Under the pieces are notes generated by a model that worked only from the letters and a program-made list of their open reading frames with translations, did not search any database and was not told the origin of the DNA. Below, one piece after another: positions 28,636 through 38,811 of a stretch of DNA of 64,000 bases. Every line of letters begins with the position of its first letter. The stretch's first letter is position 1. A program made the translations under genes and the position numbers. Where the stretch lies: contig JAHJQX010000010.1 in assembly GCA_018818965.1 (NCBI GenBank), positions 4,579-68,578 of the forward strand. Direction: 5' to 3'. The DNA is from Patescibacteria group bacterium (GTDB lineage Bacteria > Patescibacteriota > JABMPQ01).

Positions 28636-29438
28636 CAGCTCGTGATTACAAAAATCAAGCGTAAATCCTGGAAATTAAACAAAGGTTTGATTTTGGCTTT
28701 TTGAAATAAAGCATTGTCACTGTTGCTTACCTCCTCTACCTCTCCGAGCAACAACCCACGGGGGAACAATTGTCCAATTCCCGAGGTAGCGACTAAATCA
28801 CCTGGTTTTACTTCTTTGTTTTGCGGAATCATGTCCATTACTAAAGCTAAATTGTGCTCACCAGTAATGATCCCAGTGGCACCCGAGTTGACTACTTCGG
28901 CATTAATTTTACTACGCGAATCTACCACGGGTAGAATACTGGCAGTCTTATCTTCAGTTGCCAATACTTGCCCGATCAAAACACCATCAGATAATACTAC
29001 CGGCATGTCTTGAACAATACCATCGCTGCTGCCCTTATCAATTCCCAAAGAGAAAAATAGATTATTGGGATCACGGCTGATAATAAAAGCAGGGGTCATT
29101 TCTTCTTTTCTTTCCCGAACCAGACTCAATTGCTCGCGCAGCATTTTGTTTTCTCTCGTTAAGGATTTGACCTGGCTTTTACTGACATATAGATTTCTCA
29201 CTTTCTCTTCCAGGGCTTTGTTTTCTTGATCTAGCTGACGAATAGACACTAACAGATGAGAATAAGTTGTTACTCGTTCACCCCAACCATAAAAATAAGA
29301 CTGGACGGGAGCCAGCCCTGCTTTTAAATAGCTCGTTAAAGGAGAAAGAAGACCAGTACTATTTAAAACGACAAATATTACTACCAAAATTACACTGACA
29401 AGTAAAAACAGAGAGCTGTTAATGCTTTTAAATTTCAT
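28632..29438 (-). CDS. mreC: Rod shape-determining protein MreC
   Basis: Coiled coil, IDKGSSDG, TSGIGQLFPRG. Confidence 0.95.
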   Translation of the reverse strand: MKFKSINSSLFLLVSVILVVIFVVLNSTGLLSPLTSYLKAGLAPVQSYFYGWGERVTTYSHLLVSIRQLDQENKALEEKVRNLYVSKSQVKSLTRENKMLREQLSLVRERKEEMTPAFIISRDPNNLFFSLGIDKGSSDGIVQDMPVVLSDGVLIGQVLATEDKTASILPVVDSRSKINAEVVNSGATGIITGEHNLALVMDMIPQNKEVKPGDLVATSGIGQLFPRGLLLGEVEEVSNSDNALFQKAKIKPLFNFQDLRLIFVITSW

Positions 29439-29448
29439 ACGGGCGGTC

Positions 29449-30510
29449 CTATTTCTTTATTATCATATTATCTTCCGAAGAAACCAGGACGTCCTTCAAA
29501 CTATCAATATCCTCTAGAATAATCCCGGTCCCACGAGCGACGCAAGTCAAGGGATCATCAGCCAGAAAAACGGGGATTTTAGTCTGCTCAGTGATTAATT
29601 TATCTAGACCCCGCAATAAAACCCCTCCTCCGGCTAAAACAATTCCCTTACGCATAATATCAGCTACCAGTTCGGGAGGAGTTTCTTCAATTACCATTTT
29701 AATATTATCAACGATTGTATAAACCGATCTGGCAATAGCTTTTCTAATATCTTCATCAAGAGCCTTCACTTCTTTGGGCAAGCCAGTGACAAGGTCACGA
29801 CCCCGCATAATGGTTTGTAAAGGTTTCCTCAGCGGAGTGGCCGATCCAACCGCTATTTTGATTTCTTCAGCGGTACGTTCTCCCAGCAGCAGATTGATTT
29901 CATCACGAGCATATTGAATAATGTTTTCATTCATTTCATCACCAGCCACCCGCAATGACTTTGACACTACCACTCCTCCCAAAGAAATCACCGCAATTTC
30001 CGTGGTACCACCACCAACATCAACAATCATACTACCAGCCGCGTCTTGCACTGGTAAACGAGCTCCGATTGCAGCGGCCATCGGTTCCTCGACTAGAAAT
30101 GTGCGCCGGGCACCAGCGCTCTTGGCTGCATCTTCCACTGCCTTTTTTTCAACCTCGGTTACTCCCGAAGGAATTCCAATCACCACTCGCGGACGGGGCA
30201 ACAAAGAAAAACCACCTTTGTGTACTTTTTCGACAAAATATTTTAACATCTGTTCGGTAATCTCAAAATCAGATACCACCCCATCAACCAAAGGACGACT
30301 AGCTACGATATGAGCGGGTGTTTTCCCTACCATTTTACGAGCCTCACTACCAATCGCTAAAATCTGACCAGTACGTTTATTGATAGCAACTACTGATGGT
30401 TCATTGATAACAATCCCTTCATTGCGAACATAAACCAAGGTATTGGCGGTGCCGAGATCGATACCGATATCTTTAGAAAATGTACCTAAAATGTCACTGA
30501 TTATTGGCAT
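29449..30510 (-). CDS. mreB: Rod shape-determining protein MreB
   Basis: IGIDLGTANT, EEPMAAAIG, DVGGGTTE. Confidence 0.97.
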   Translation of the reverse strand: MPIISDILGTFSKDIGIDLGTANTLVYVRNEGIVINEPSVVAINKRTGQILAIGSEARKMVGKTPAHIVASRPLVDGVVSDFEITEQMLKYFVEKVHKGGFSLLPRPRVVIGIPSGVTEVEKKAVEDAAKSAGARRTFLVEEPMAAAIGARLPVQDAAGSMIVDVGGGTTEIAVISLGGVVVSKSLRVAGDEMNENIIQYARDEINLLLGERTAEEIKIAVGSATPLRKPLQTIMRGRDLVTGLPKEVKALDEDIRKAIARSVYTIVDNIKMVIEETPPELVADIMRKGIVLAGGGVLLRGLDKLITEQTKIPVFLADDPLTCVARGTGIILEDIDSLKDVLVSSEDNMIIKK

Positions 30511-30572
30511 ATTGATGAAAATTGAAGATTTATTACAACCATTTCGCTTACTTGTTGGTACGAGTTTGCCTA

Positions 30573-30595
30573 ATCTACCTGCCAGTAGATAGGAT
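30573..30595. repeat. Palindromic repeat copy (intergenic proS-mreB)
   Basis: ATCTACCTGCCAGTAGATAGGAT, 19/23 identical to 58771-58793. Confidence 0.6.
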
Positions 30596-30649
30596 AGGAA
30601 GATCCATGATGGATCTCTATACTTTGCTTAAAGAATAATTTCTACTCTT

Positions 30650-31891
30650 TTATCCCTCACTTAAATACTCCGTCAATTTGTCTAACAACACAATTTTAGC
30701 TTCTTTTTCAGCCCGCTTTTTCACCTCACAACCACCCCTGGCTATTGTTTTCTCGCTTATAACCAAGCGTACAGGCAACCCTAATAAGTCTGCATCAGCA
30801 AATTTCTGGCCAACACCGATATCTACACGGTCGTCATATAATACTCCAATATTCTTTTCCTGTAAAGACTTATATAAATCAGTGGCAGTAGCTTGAATTT
30901 CTTGGTTTTTATCAGCTCCGATGGGGATTAGATGCACTCTGAAAGGAGCAATGTTAGTCGGCCAGATAATCCCCGCTTTATCGTGATGCACTTCCACTAC
31001 TGCCCCCAGCAATCGCGAAATACCAATTCCATAACAGCCCATAATCACATCCTGTTCTTGGCCTTTCTCATCCGTATAGGTAAGATTAAAATCCTTAGCA
31101 TATTTGCTACCTAGCTTAAATATATTACCAACTTCAATTGCCTTATTTTTCTCCAATTTCCCCTGACAATTGGGGCACTTATCCCCCGCAAAAATTTCTT
31201 TGTTTTGATGTAAATCACACTTGGAACAAGAAAAAACAATATCTTCTCCATAAGGTGTAAATACTTGAAATTCATCGGAAAACTTAGAAAAAGTCCCACC
31301 ACTAGCCTTTACTAACTTAACATCCAAGCCACAACGACTAAAAATCTTCTTGTAAGCCGTGATAAATTTCTCATAATATTTATCTAAATCGGCTTGATCA
31401 CGATGAAAGCTGTACAAATCCTTCATGCTGAATTCCCGCCCGCGCAACAAGCCTGATTTTGGACGCGGTTCATCCCGAAATTTAGTTTGGATCTGATACA
31501 AAGATACGGGTAAGTCCCGATAAGAATTAACATATTTATCTACTAACGGGGTGACCACCTCCTCATGACTAGCTCCCAAGGCATATTCTTTATCACCCGA
31601 GCCTTTTAATTTAAATAGGACATCAAACCCTTCCCAACGACCAGTCTTTTGCCAGTTGGATTTGGGAGAAAGGGCGGGCATTAATATTTCCTGACCACCA
31701 ATTTTGTTCATTTCCTCCCGGACAATATCTTGGATGTTGGACAATACTTGTAACCCCAAAGGAAGATAGGTATAAACACCGGCCATTAATTTATCAATAT
31801 ACCCTGCCCGTAATAATAATTGAGCGTTTAGACTAGCCTCATCAGGAGGAGTTTCTTTTTTAGTTTTGCTGAATAATTTTGTTTGCTTCAT
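30650..31891 (-). CDS. proS: Proline--tRNA ligase (short form, no INS editing domain)
   Basis: QTKFRDEPRP, REFSMKD, IEVGNIFKLG, MGCYGIG. Confidence 0.96.
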   Translation of the reverse strand: MKQTKLFSKTKKETPPDEASLNAQLLLRAGYIDKLMAGVYTYLPLGLQVLSNIQDIVREEMNKIGGQEILMPALSPKSNWQKTGRWEGFDVLFKLKGSGDKEYALGASHEEVVTPLVDKYVNSYRDLPVSLYQIQTKFRDEPRPKSGLLRGREFSMKDLYSFHRDQADLDKYYEKFITAYKKIFSRCGLDVKLVKASGGTFSKFSDEFQVFTPYGEDIVFSCSKCDLHQNKEIFAGDKCPNCQGKLEKNKAIEVGNIFKLGSKYAKDFNLTYTDEKGQEQDVIMGCYGIGISRLLGAVVEVHHDKAGIIWPTNIAPFRVHLIPIGADKNQEIQATATDLYKSLQEKNIGVLYDDRVDIGVGQKFADADLLGLPVRLVISEKTIARGGCEVKKRAEKEAKIVLLDKLTEYLSEG

Positions 31892-31900
31892 AATGTTGTC

Positions 31901-33067
31901 CTATTGCCCAATTATTCTTTTACCAATATTTACAAAAATATCTTGAAATTTAAAAACGTCACGAAAAGTAACGGCCAGCATTAACAAAAGCAGAAGAATG
32001 AAGCCAATCATGTGAATGGTATTTTCTAACTTACGCTCTACTTTTTTGCCCCGGATTTTTTCTAATGCCAGAAATATCAAACGTCCCCCATCAAGAGCTG
32101 GCAATGGAAATAAATTGATAATGGCTAGATTGATGCTTAAGATAGCAATAAACTGCAAGATATAAACATAACCCATCCGTGCCATCTGGCCAGTCATTAC
32201 CGCGATACCAACTGGACCACTAAGCTCTTCGGCTACTCCTGCCCCCACTAGTAGATTTTTGATAATATTAAACAAAGCTACTACTATTGCCACCAGCAAG
32301 GCGAAGGTCGCTACCGCTCCCTTGGTTAAAGCTTGGTACCAGGGATAAGACACAATTCCAACTTCTACCAAAGAAATGCCAACGGGGCCGTCACCATCTG
32401 AAAACTCACTGCGAGGCACTAAGGAAAGTTCACGCTTTTCTTCCCCACGCTTAATCTCTATCACCATCTCCCGATCCTGGTAGTCACGGGTGATATCTTG
32501 TATCCGATTCGCTTGGTCGACTGGTTGTCCCGCAACAGACAAAATTTGGTCGCCCATCTGAATTCCAGCCGCTGCCGCCGGGGAATTTTCACTGACAGCC
32601 ATTATTTGGACTTTTCTGTCTCGGATCTGATCTGTTGGTATACCATCCTCAATAGCCACCGGCAAACCAACCTTGAAGCCAATAATCAGCAGAACCATGG
32701 CTAACAAAACGTTCATTGTCACTCCCGCAATCAAAATCAACGCTCGCTGCCAAATTTTCTTTTTAGCAAAACTGTCAGAATCCTGATTGCCGCTATCATC
32801 TTCTCCCTTGATTTTACAAAATCCACCAATTGGCAACCAATTCAAAGAATAAACCGTTGGTGCATCCAATTTGGGTTCTGCGTTACCCCAAAGTTTCCCC
32901 CATTTGCCATTTTTATTACGATAAACTCCAAAAATACGTGGGGGAAAGCCCATACCAAACTCTTCCACTTTAGCTCCCATCTTGCGTGCAGCTACAAAAT
33001 GACCAAACTCGTGGACAAAAATGAGTAGACCCAGTATTAAAACAAATAAAACTATGGTAGTCAGCAT
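31901..33067 (-). CDS. rseP: RseP/M50 intramembrane metalloprotease with PDZ domain
   Basis: HEFGH, NLFPLPALDGG, PDZ region. Confidence 0.93.
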   Translation of the reverse strand: MLTTIVLFVLILGLLIFVHEFGHFVAARKMGAKVEEFGMGFPPRIFGVYRNKNGKWGKLWGNAEPKLDAPTVYSLNWLPIGGFCKIKGEDDSGNQDSDSFAKKKIWQRALILIAGVTMNVLLAMVLLIIGFKVGLPVAIEDGIPTDQIRDRKVQIMAVSENSPAAAAGIQMGDQILSVAGQPVDQANRIQDITRDYQDREMVIEIKRGEEKRELSLVPRSEFSDGDGPVGISLVEVGIVSYPWYQALTKGAVATFALLVAIVVALFNIIKNLLVGAGVAEELSGPVGIAVMTGQMARMGYVYILQFIAILSINLAIINLFPLPALDGGRLIFLALEKIRGKKVERKLENTIHMIGFILLLLLMLAVTFRDVFKFQDIFVNIGKRIIGQ

Positions 33068-33090
33068 CGGCTGTTATTTTTACTTCTTTA

Positions 33091-33648
33091 TTAAACAGTC
33101 ATTACTTCTTGCTCTTTTTTCTCTTCTCTTTCCTTGATCTGATTATTAATCTCATTTACCACTTTATCAAGCTCTTCTTGGGCTTTATATTTATCATCTT
33201 CAGTAACCTGACCAGTATTTTCCAGATCTTTGATTTCCTTCCAGATTTTCTCGCGGGCGTTTCTGACGATAATCTTAGCTTCTTCAGCTTTTTGGCCAAT
33301 CACCTTGGCTAGTTCCTGACGCCTTTCTTCATTTGGTTCAGGAAAGGTTACTCGCACTACATCCTTTTCCGCGCTGCAGCTCAAACCTAAATCGGACTGA
33401 CTAATAACACCTTCTATTGCTTTAAGCGACCCTTTATCATAGGGCTGGATCGCTAACAAGCGGATATCAACCACGTTTATGGTAGCTAGTTGCTTCAGGG
33501 GCGTCTTAACGCCATAATAATCTACTGCTAAGTCCTCAATAAGGGACGGGGAAGCCTTACCTACACGCAACTTACTAAATTCCTTACTTAAATAATCTAA
33601 AGCTTTTTCCATCTCTTGCTTGCCTTCGATAATTTTTTGCTCGTACAT
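33091..33648 (-). CDS. frr: Ribosome recycling factor
   Basis: LRVGKA, YYGVKTPL, EERRQEL, VRNAR. Confidence 0.95.
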   Translation of the reverse strand: MYEQKIIEGKQEMEKALDYLSKEFSKLRVGKASPSLIEDLAVDYYGVKTPLKQLATINVVDIRLLAIQPYDKGSLKAIEGVISQSDLGLSCSAEKDVVRVTFPEPNEERRQELAKVIGQKAEEAKIIVRNAREKIWKEIKDLENTGQVTEDDKYKAQEELDKVVNEINNQIKEREEKKEQEVMTV

Positions 33649-33684
33649 ATGATTTTGATGTTAAGTGATAGAATAAAAAAACTC

Positions 33685-34737
33685 CTACTGTTGCTGAGTG
33701 GATAGCACCGTTGTGTAAAGAACCGAAGTATCTCCTGGGTCAACAGCTAGACCCCGTAACTTACCGGTGGTAAATTGTTTAACTGACCAATTTGCTCCTC
33801 CGTCAGCAGTTTTGTACAAATTAGAATCAAAAGTAAAATATATTTTGCCAGCGTCTTTAGGATCCAGGGCAATGTTGGCGACGGTATGGTATTCTGGATT
33901 AGCTAAAATATTAACTTTCTGCCAAGTTTGGCCCCAATCATAGGAAATCAAAAAACCGATTTCTCCGATTAGGTATACCCGACTCTTCTCCTCTGGATGC
34001 GCTACAATATCATGAATACCACTTGCTTTACCAATTGATTCGACCTTATCTTTGATGTCAGTTACTATTTTTCCACCATCACTACTCTGGTAGAGACTCT
34101 CGCTAGTAGCCACAAAAAGCTGGCGGCTATCCTGATAACCAACAGCGATTCCATTGACCGATTCACCTTCCTCAAACCACCTAATAGCCACCCAACTACG
34201 CCCACTGTCCTTACTTTTAAGAAGGGCACCGTTGCTGGTACCAGCGTAGACTCGACGCGGGTCATACCAATCTGCCACGACATCATTGACTACCGTATCA
34301 TCATGGGTCTCAGCGTAAACTTCCTCCCAATTGTTACCCCCGTCAGAACTTTTATAGATTTGTCCAATATCATTGGCACTACCAGCTGCATATATAACTG
34401 AGCTGTCATTTGGATTAATATCTAAGGAGTAAATATTACCAGCCCTAAGAGCGGTCTGTTGCCAGGTATCCCCGCCATCTGTACTCTTGTAGATTCCATT
34501 CAATTCAGTACCTACAAACACAATATTTGAATCACTAGGATCAATGGCCACTTCATTCACGCTCAAACCAGAGATATCGTTCTTATCATCTATTTTTACC
34601 TTTTGTTCCCATGTTTCTCCCCCGTCAGTAGATTTGTAAACGCCAGCGTCCGATTGTTTTTTATTACCACAACTGAGCCCGAGTAAAGACAGAGGAGCTA
34701 GCAATAAAACTATTAACGCTATTTTAAACCTGGTCAT
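33685..34737 (-). CDS. Lipoprotein with BNR/Asp-box beta-propeller
   Basis: Lipobox LGLSC; repeated YKSTDGGxxW motifs. Confidence 0.85.
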   Translation of the reverse strand: MTRFKIALIVLLLAPLSLLGLSCGNKKQSDAGVYKSTDGGETWEQKVKIDDKNDISGLSVNEVAIDPSDSNIVFVGTELNGIYKSTDGGDTWQQTALRAGNIYSLDINPNDSSVIYAAGSANDIGQIYKSSDGGNNWEEVYAETHDDTVVNDVVADWYDPRRVYAGTSNGALLKSKDSGRSWVAIRWFEEGESVNGIAVGYQDSRQLFVATSESLYQSSDGGKIVTDIKDKVESIGKASGIHDIVAHPEEKSRVYLIGEIGFLISYDWGQTWQKVNILANPEYHTVANIALDPKDAGKIYFTFDSNLYKTADGGANWSVKQFTTGKLRGLAVDPGDTSVLYTTVLSTQQQ

Positions 34738-35713
34738 GATGAAGCATTACGATAAAATTTTCAATAACGAGCTTAGGATTAACATTGTGAGTTAGCAATT
34801 TACTAGCAGTTACTAAATAATTTAAAATATTCCTGATCTGCTGTCTAGAAAACTTTTTAGTTGCGACTTGGTTACTTTGGGTCAAAGCTAGTTCAGGACA
34901 GTGAGCTTGGCTGACAATTAAGTCCCGGAAATACTTGGTCATAGCATTGATGAATTCTAAGGCCTGTTCGTTTTTTACCTTCCAGCTGTTTATCATTTGA
35001 AAAGAACTATTTATGTCCTGATCTAGCACTTGGAGTAATTCCTGTTGACGTTGCTGCTGACGAGACAATTGTTCACTGTCGGCCTGATACTTAATCGCCA
35101 ATCCTGGCCGGCCGAAAGCAACCTGAGCTATTTCAGTTAAGATCACTGAGCTTTTATCCATTGCTAGATTCTTTTCTATTTCTGCTTTTGCTACCAAATT
35201 AAAATTAATAATTACTGACCGGGAAATAATAGTAGGAATAACACCCTCAATACTTTCCGCTAACAAGATAAATACTACCTTATCACCCGGTTCTTCTAGT
35301 ATTTTTAAAATAGCATTGGCCGCTGGCAAGGTGAAACAATCGACTCCATCAATTATGCAAACTCGATATCCACCCTGATAAGATTTCAGAGACAAGTGGT
35401 GCTGTACTTCTCGCACTTGAGCGATACCAATCTTGCCTTTGGTTTTAGTGACCAAGTTTACATCTGCTTGTTTGTTCGCGGCGACATCAAGGCAATTCCG
35501 ACACTGACCACAAGGTTTCCGAGCTTGCAAACAAAACAAAGTCCTGGCAAACTCAGTGGCTACCTTTCTCTTGCCAACTGATTCAGGCCCCACGAATAGA
35601 TAAGCATGATTAATTTTATCCGTTTCAATATGACGCGCTAGGATTGCTACTGCCCGTTGATGCCCGATAACGCCCCAATTATCCTGACTGGTTGTTTTCA
35701 CAGCGTTTTCCAT
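34724..35713 (-). CDS. holB: DNA polymerase III delta' subunit
   Basis: HAYLFVGPESVGK, C..PCGQCRNC, ANAILKILEEP, TIISR. Confidence 0.92.
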   Translation of the reverse strand: MENAVKTTSQDNWGVIGHQRAVAILARHIETDKINHAYLFVGPESVGKRKVATEFARTLFCLQARKPCGQCRNCLDVAANKQADVNLVTKTKGKIGIAQVREVQHHLSLKSYQGGYRVCIIDGVDCFTLPAANAILKILEEPGDKVVFILLAESIEGVIPTIISRSVIINFNLVAKAEIEKNLAMDKSSVILTEIAQVAFGRPGLAIKYQADSEQLSRQQQRQQELLQVLDQDINSSFQMINSWKVKNEQALEFINAMTKYFRDLIVSQAHCPELALTQSNQVATKKFSRQQIRNILNYLVTASKLLTHNVNPKLVIENFIVMLHHDQV

Positions 35714-35765
35714 AATCCAAATATACCATATCTGGTCGTTTAGTTCTATAACTTCCTCGCAATGG

Positions 35766-36527
35766 CTAATTTTTAATTATTTTTATCAGCTTCTTGTGTA
35801 AATGTTCGTTAGCCGCTACCAAGCTTTTGCTATCTAGGGTCCAGGGTTGACCATCAATGTCACTCACTATACAACCTGCCTCCCTCATAATTAGTGTTGG
35901 GGCAGCGTAATCCCACACCTTGCCGCCCAAGGAAAATTTCCAATCGCGTCTACCATCAGCTACACAAAGAGAAGATATTGCCGCCGATCCAAAAGCGTTC
36001 ATCCAAAATTGTTTTTGGGAGGCTAGTTTTATTAGCTTTTTGTATATTTGAGCCCTTCCATGGTCCAAAGCCGCTATTCCAAAACCATAACTCTGCTCCC
36101 ATTCTTTAGTGTCAGAGCACTTCATCGGCTTGTCATTAAGAAAAGCTCCTTGCCCTTTCTCGGCAAAAGCCAACTGATTATGAACTGGATCACATACCGC
36201 TCCCATTTCCATCTCTCCTCCCTTCGCTAGTCCAACAATTACACCAAATATTGGGACATGCGTCGCAAAATTTCTCGTACCATCTAAAGGATCAATTATC
36301 CAAATATATTCCGCAGCAGCTTTACTCTCGCCACTTTCCTCGGAAATAATGCCATGTTCCGGATATTTCTGAGTAATTTGCTCTACCAAATAATCATTAG
36401 CTGCTAAATCAGCTTCCGTAACCACGTCAGCAATATTCGATTTAGTATATTTCACCCCCACTTTACCAAATTTCTCTAAAATAATTTGGCCAGCCTGGTG
36501 AGTAATTTTTTTGATAAAATTTTTCAT
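35766..36527 (-). CDS. Inositol monophosphatase family protein (SuhB-like)
   Basis: VTEAD, WIIDPLDGT, WDYAA. Confidence 0.92.
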   Translation of the reverse strand: MKNFIKKITHQAGQIILEKFGKVGVKYTKSNIADVVTEADLAANDYLVEQITQKYPEHGIISEESGESKAAAEYIWIIDPLDGTRNFATHVPIFGVIVGLAKGGEMEMGAVCDPVHNQLAFAEKGQGAFLNDKPMKCSDTKEWEQSYGFGIAALDHGRAQIYKKLIKLASQKQFWMNAFGSAAISSLCVADGRRDWKFSLGGKVWDYAAPTLIMREAGCIVSDIDGQPWTLDSKSLVAANEHLHKKLIKIIKN

Positions 36528-36551
36528 CCTAACAAAATTAATTATTGATGA

Positions 36552-37682
36552 CTAATCGCCGGCTACCTTCTCAATCGCCTGCAAAGTCTCCCGAGCGCAC
36601 TTTCCCCAGCTAAAATCTTTCACTCTCTTGTTGCCCCGCTGCACTAGATCAATCCGGAGAGTTTCGTTATTAGCGATGGTCTCCATTTTCTTAGCCATAT
36701 CGGGCACATCGTAAGGGTCAAAAAGCAAAGCTGCTCCCTTAGTCACCTCCGGAATCGAAGCTGCCCGCGCTGCTAAAATTGGCGTCCAGCAACTCATGGC
36801 TTCAAGTAACGGTAATCCAAACCCCTCATAGAAGCTAGGGAAAATAAAGGCTAGACTGGCGCTAAGTAATACTGGCAAATCTTCTTCCGCTACCCAACCC
36901 GTTTCAATCACTTCTTCCGCTAACTTATTCTGGATGATTAATTCTCGGACTTTTTCATAATTATGACCAGGGCTACCCGCTAAAACCAGCTTGCACTGGC
37001 CGGCCAGATTCTCTTTTTTAAATTTAGCAAAGGCTTTTATTAAACCGGGAGTGTTTTTCTTTTCTTCTAGGCGACCAATGTACAAAAAGTATGGGGTGGC
37101 GGTTGGTATTTTATACTTGCGCAAAGCAGTTTTAATCTTAGCCCGATCTCTTGTCGGCTGAAAAATGCCGGCATCAAACCCCAAATATATAACTTGGATA
37201 CGCTCCGGATCAATGTCACACTGCTTCACCATTTCTTCTTTGGAAAAATTAGAGATGGTCAGTATGCGGGACGCCTTTTGGATCGCTTGACGCAAACCAA
37301 AATTATGATATTTAAGTTCTTTTTGTGGATACAGCTCCGGTTTACTAACAAAGCCAATGTCCATAATAGTCGTCACCGTTCTAGCTGGACTGACTAGCGG
37401 AATAATATGAGCTGGGACAAACAAAACGTCCGGGGATCGCCATTTCATTTCCCACGACAAACGAACCATTGTCCAGAGATATCTGGGGGGCCAAGATAAA
37501 GTTTTTTCCCGAAAATTATCAGGCAGAGATGACATTTCACCGCCTAGTTTATCCGGGGAATATAAAAAATATCGATTACGTGAATCGATTTTTGCTAATT
37601 CGAGAATTAAATTATAGGAATACCACTCCGTACCTGTTTTAGCAGCTCGGTTAGCACGAGAGGCGTCGATGCCGATATTCAT
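36552..37682 (-). CDS. GT4 family glycosyltransferase
   Basis: IGIDAS, FPSFYEGFGLPLLEAM, FSW. Confidence 0.93.
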   Translation of the reverse strand: MNIGIDASRANRAAKTGTEWYSYNLILELAKIDSRNRYFLYSPDKLGGEMSSLPDNFREKTLSWPPRYLWTMVRLSWEMKWRSPDVLFVPAHIIPLVSPARTVTTIMDIGFVSKPELYPQKELKYHNFGLRQAIQKASRILTISNFSKEEMVKQCDIDPERIQVIYLGFDAGIFQPTRDRAKIKTALRKYKIPTATPYFLYIGRLEEKKNTPGLIKAFAKFKKENLAGQCKLVLAGSPGHNYEKVRELIIQNKLAEEVIETGWVAEEDLPVLLSASLAFIFPSFYEGFGLPLLEAMSCWTPILAARAASIPEVTKGAALLFDPYDVPDMAKKMETIANNETLRIDLVQRGNKRVKDFSWGKCARETLQAIEKVAGD

Positions 37683-37701
37683 GGAAAACTTATATGTTTA
37701 T

Positions 37702-38712
37702 TTATTTTTTTGCTGATAGAACACTGCGCTTGTATGAGTCTAAGTTCTCCAACGCAATTCCGTTACCTTTGGCTACGCAAAGCAATGGATCCTCGGCCAC
37801 ATAACACAAAACACCGATTGATTTAGTAACTAAAGTATCCAGGCCTCGTAACAAAGCTCCCCCACCAGTTAATACTATTCCTTTATCAATGACATCGGCA
37901 GATAATTCTGGTGGAGTTTCTTGCAAGACAGATTTAATCGTTTGCAGCATTTCCCGTAGTTCATTCTTAATCGATTCTGCTACCTCATTAGAACAAATTT
38001 TGATAGTTTGGGGTAAGCCAGACACCATGTCCCGACCTTTAATCTCCATACATTGCTCTTTTTTAACCGGAATAGCCGAACCGATCTTGATTTTGATTTC
38101 TTCGGCCGTTCGGTCGCCAATGGCCAAACCATGTTTTCTTCTAACGTAATCGGTTATGGCTTGATCAAGCTTGTCGCCAGCGATGCGAACAGAACTAGCA
38201 GCTACAATACCACCCAGAGAAATAACAGCGACTTCGGTAGTACCACCACCAATATCAATTACCATGTTACCACTGGATTGAGCAATCGGAATTCCCGCTC
38301 CAATTGCCGCTGCCACTGGCTCTTTGATAACATAGGCTGCTTTAGCTCCAGCTTGGATAGTGGCATCGATCACTGCTCGTCGCTCAGTGCTAGTAATCCC
38401 CGCTGGAATCGAAACCATTACTTCGGGACGAAACATGCGGATATTACCAATTGCTTTAGTAATAAAATATTTAAGCATCGCCTCTGTCACCCGATAGTCA
38501 GCTATCACTCCATCTTTGAGGGGTCGGGAAGCAACGATTGTGTCGGGTGTTTTGCCCAACATCATCTTGGCTTCATTCCCTACCGCTAGAATTGAATTGT
38601 CGTCCATCGAAACTGCCACGACTGAAGGTTCATCAATGACAATTCCCCTGCCAGGGACATATACTAGTGTATTGGCCGTACCCAAATCAATACCAACTTT
38701 CTTAACAAACAT
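37702..38712 (-). CDS. mreB: Second MreB/Mbl family actin homolog
   Basis: VGIDLGTANT, DIGGGTTE, LTGGGALL. Confidence 0.93.
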   Translation of the reverse strand: MFVKKVGIDLGTANTLVYVPGRGIVIDEPSVVAVSMDDNSILAVGNEAKMMLGKTPDTIVASRPLKDGVIADYRVTEAMLKYFITKAIGNIRMFRPEVMVSIPAGITSTERRAVIDATIQAGAKAAYVIKEPVAAAIGAGIPIAQSSGNMVIDIGGGTTEVAVISLGGIVAASSVRIAGDKLDQAITDYVRRKHGLAIGDRTAEEIKIKIGSAIPVKKEQCMEIKGRDMVSGLPQTIKICSNEVAESIKNELREMLQTIKSVLQETPPELSADVIDKGIVLTGGGALLRGLDTLVTKSIGVLCYVAEDPLLCVAKGNGIALENLDSYKRSVLSAKK

Positions 38713-38811
38713 GTTTTATGATTAAACGCAGATCTCAACGACTATAGCATTAGAGTGAGAAAATGCAAGATTAATAGATTAAAAGCCTGGACGATAACCT
38801 TGCGTTTTCGT

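Noticed and set aside
30600-30616. AGATCCATGATGGATCT palindrome
   Set aside because: Short single hairpin with no second copy noticed; function cannot be supported.
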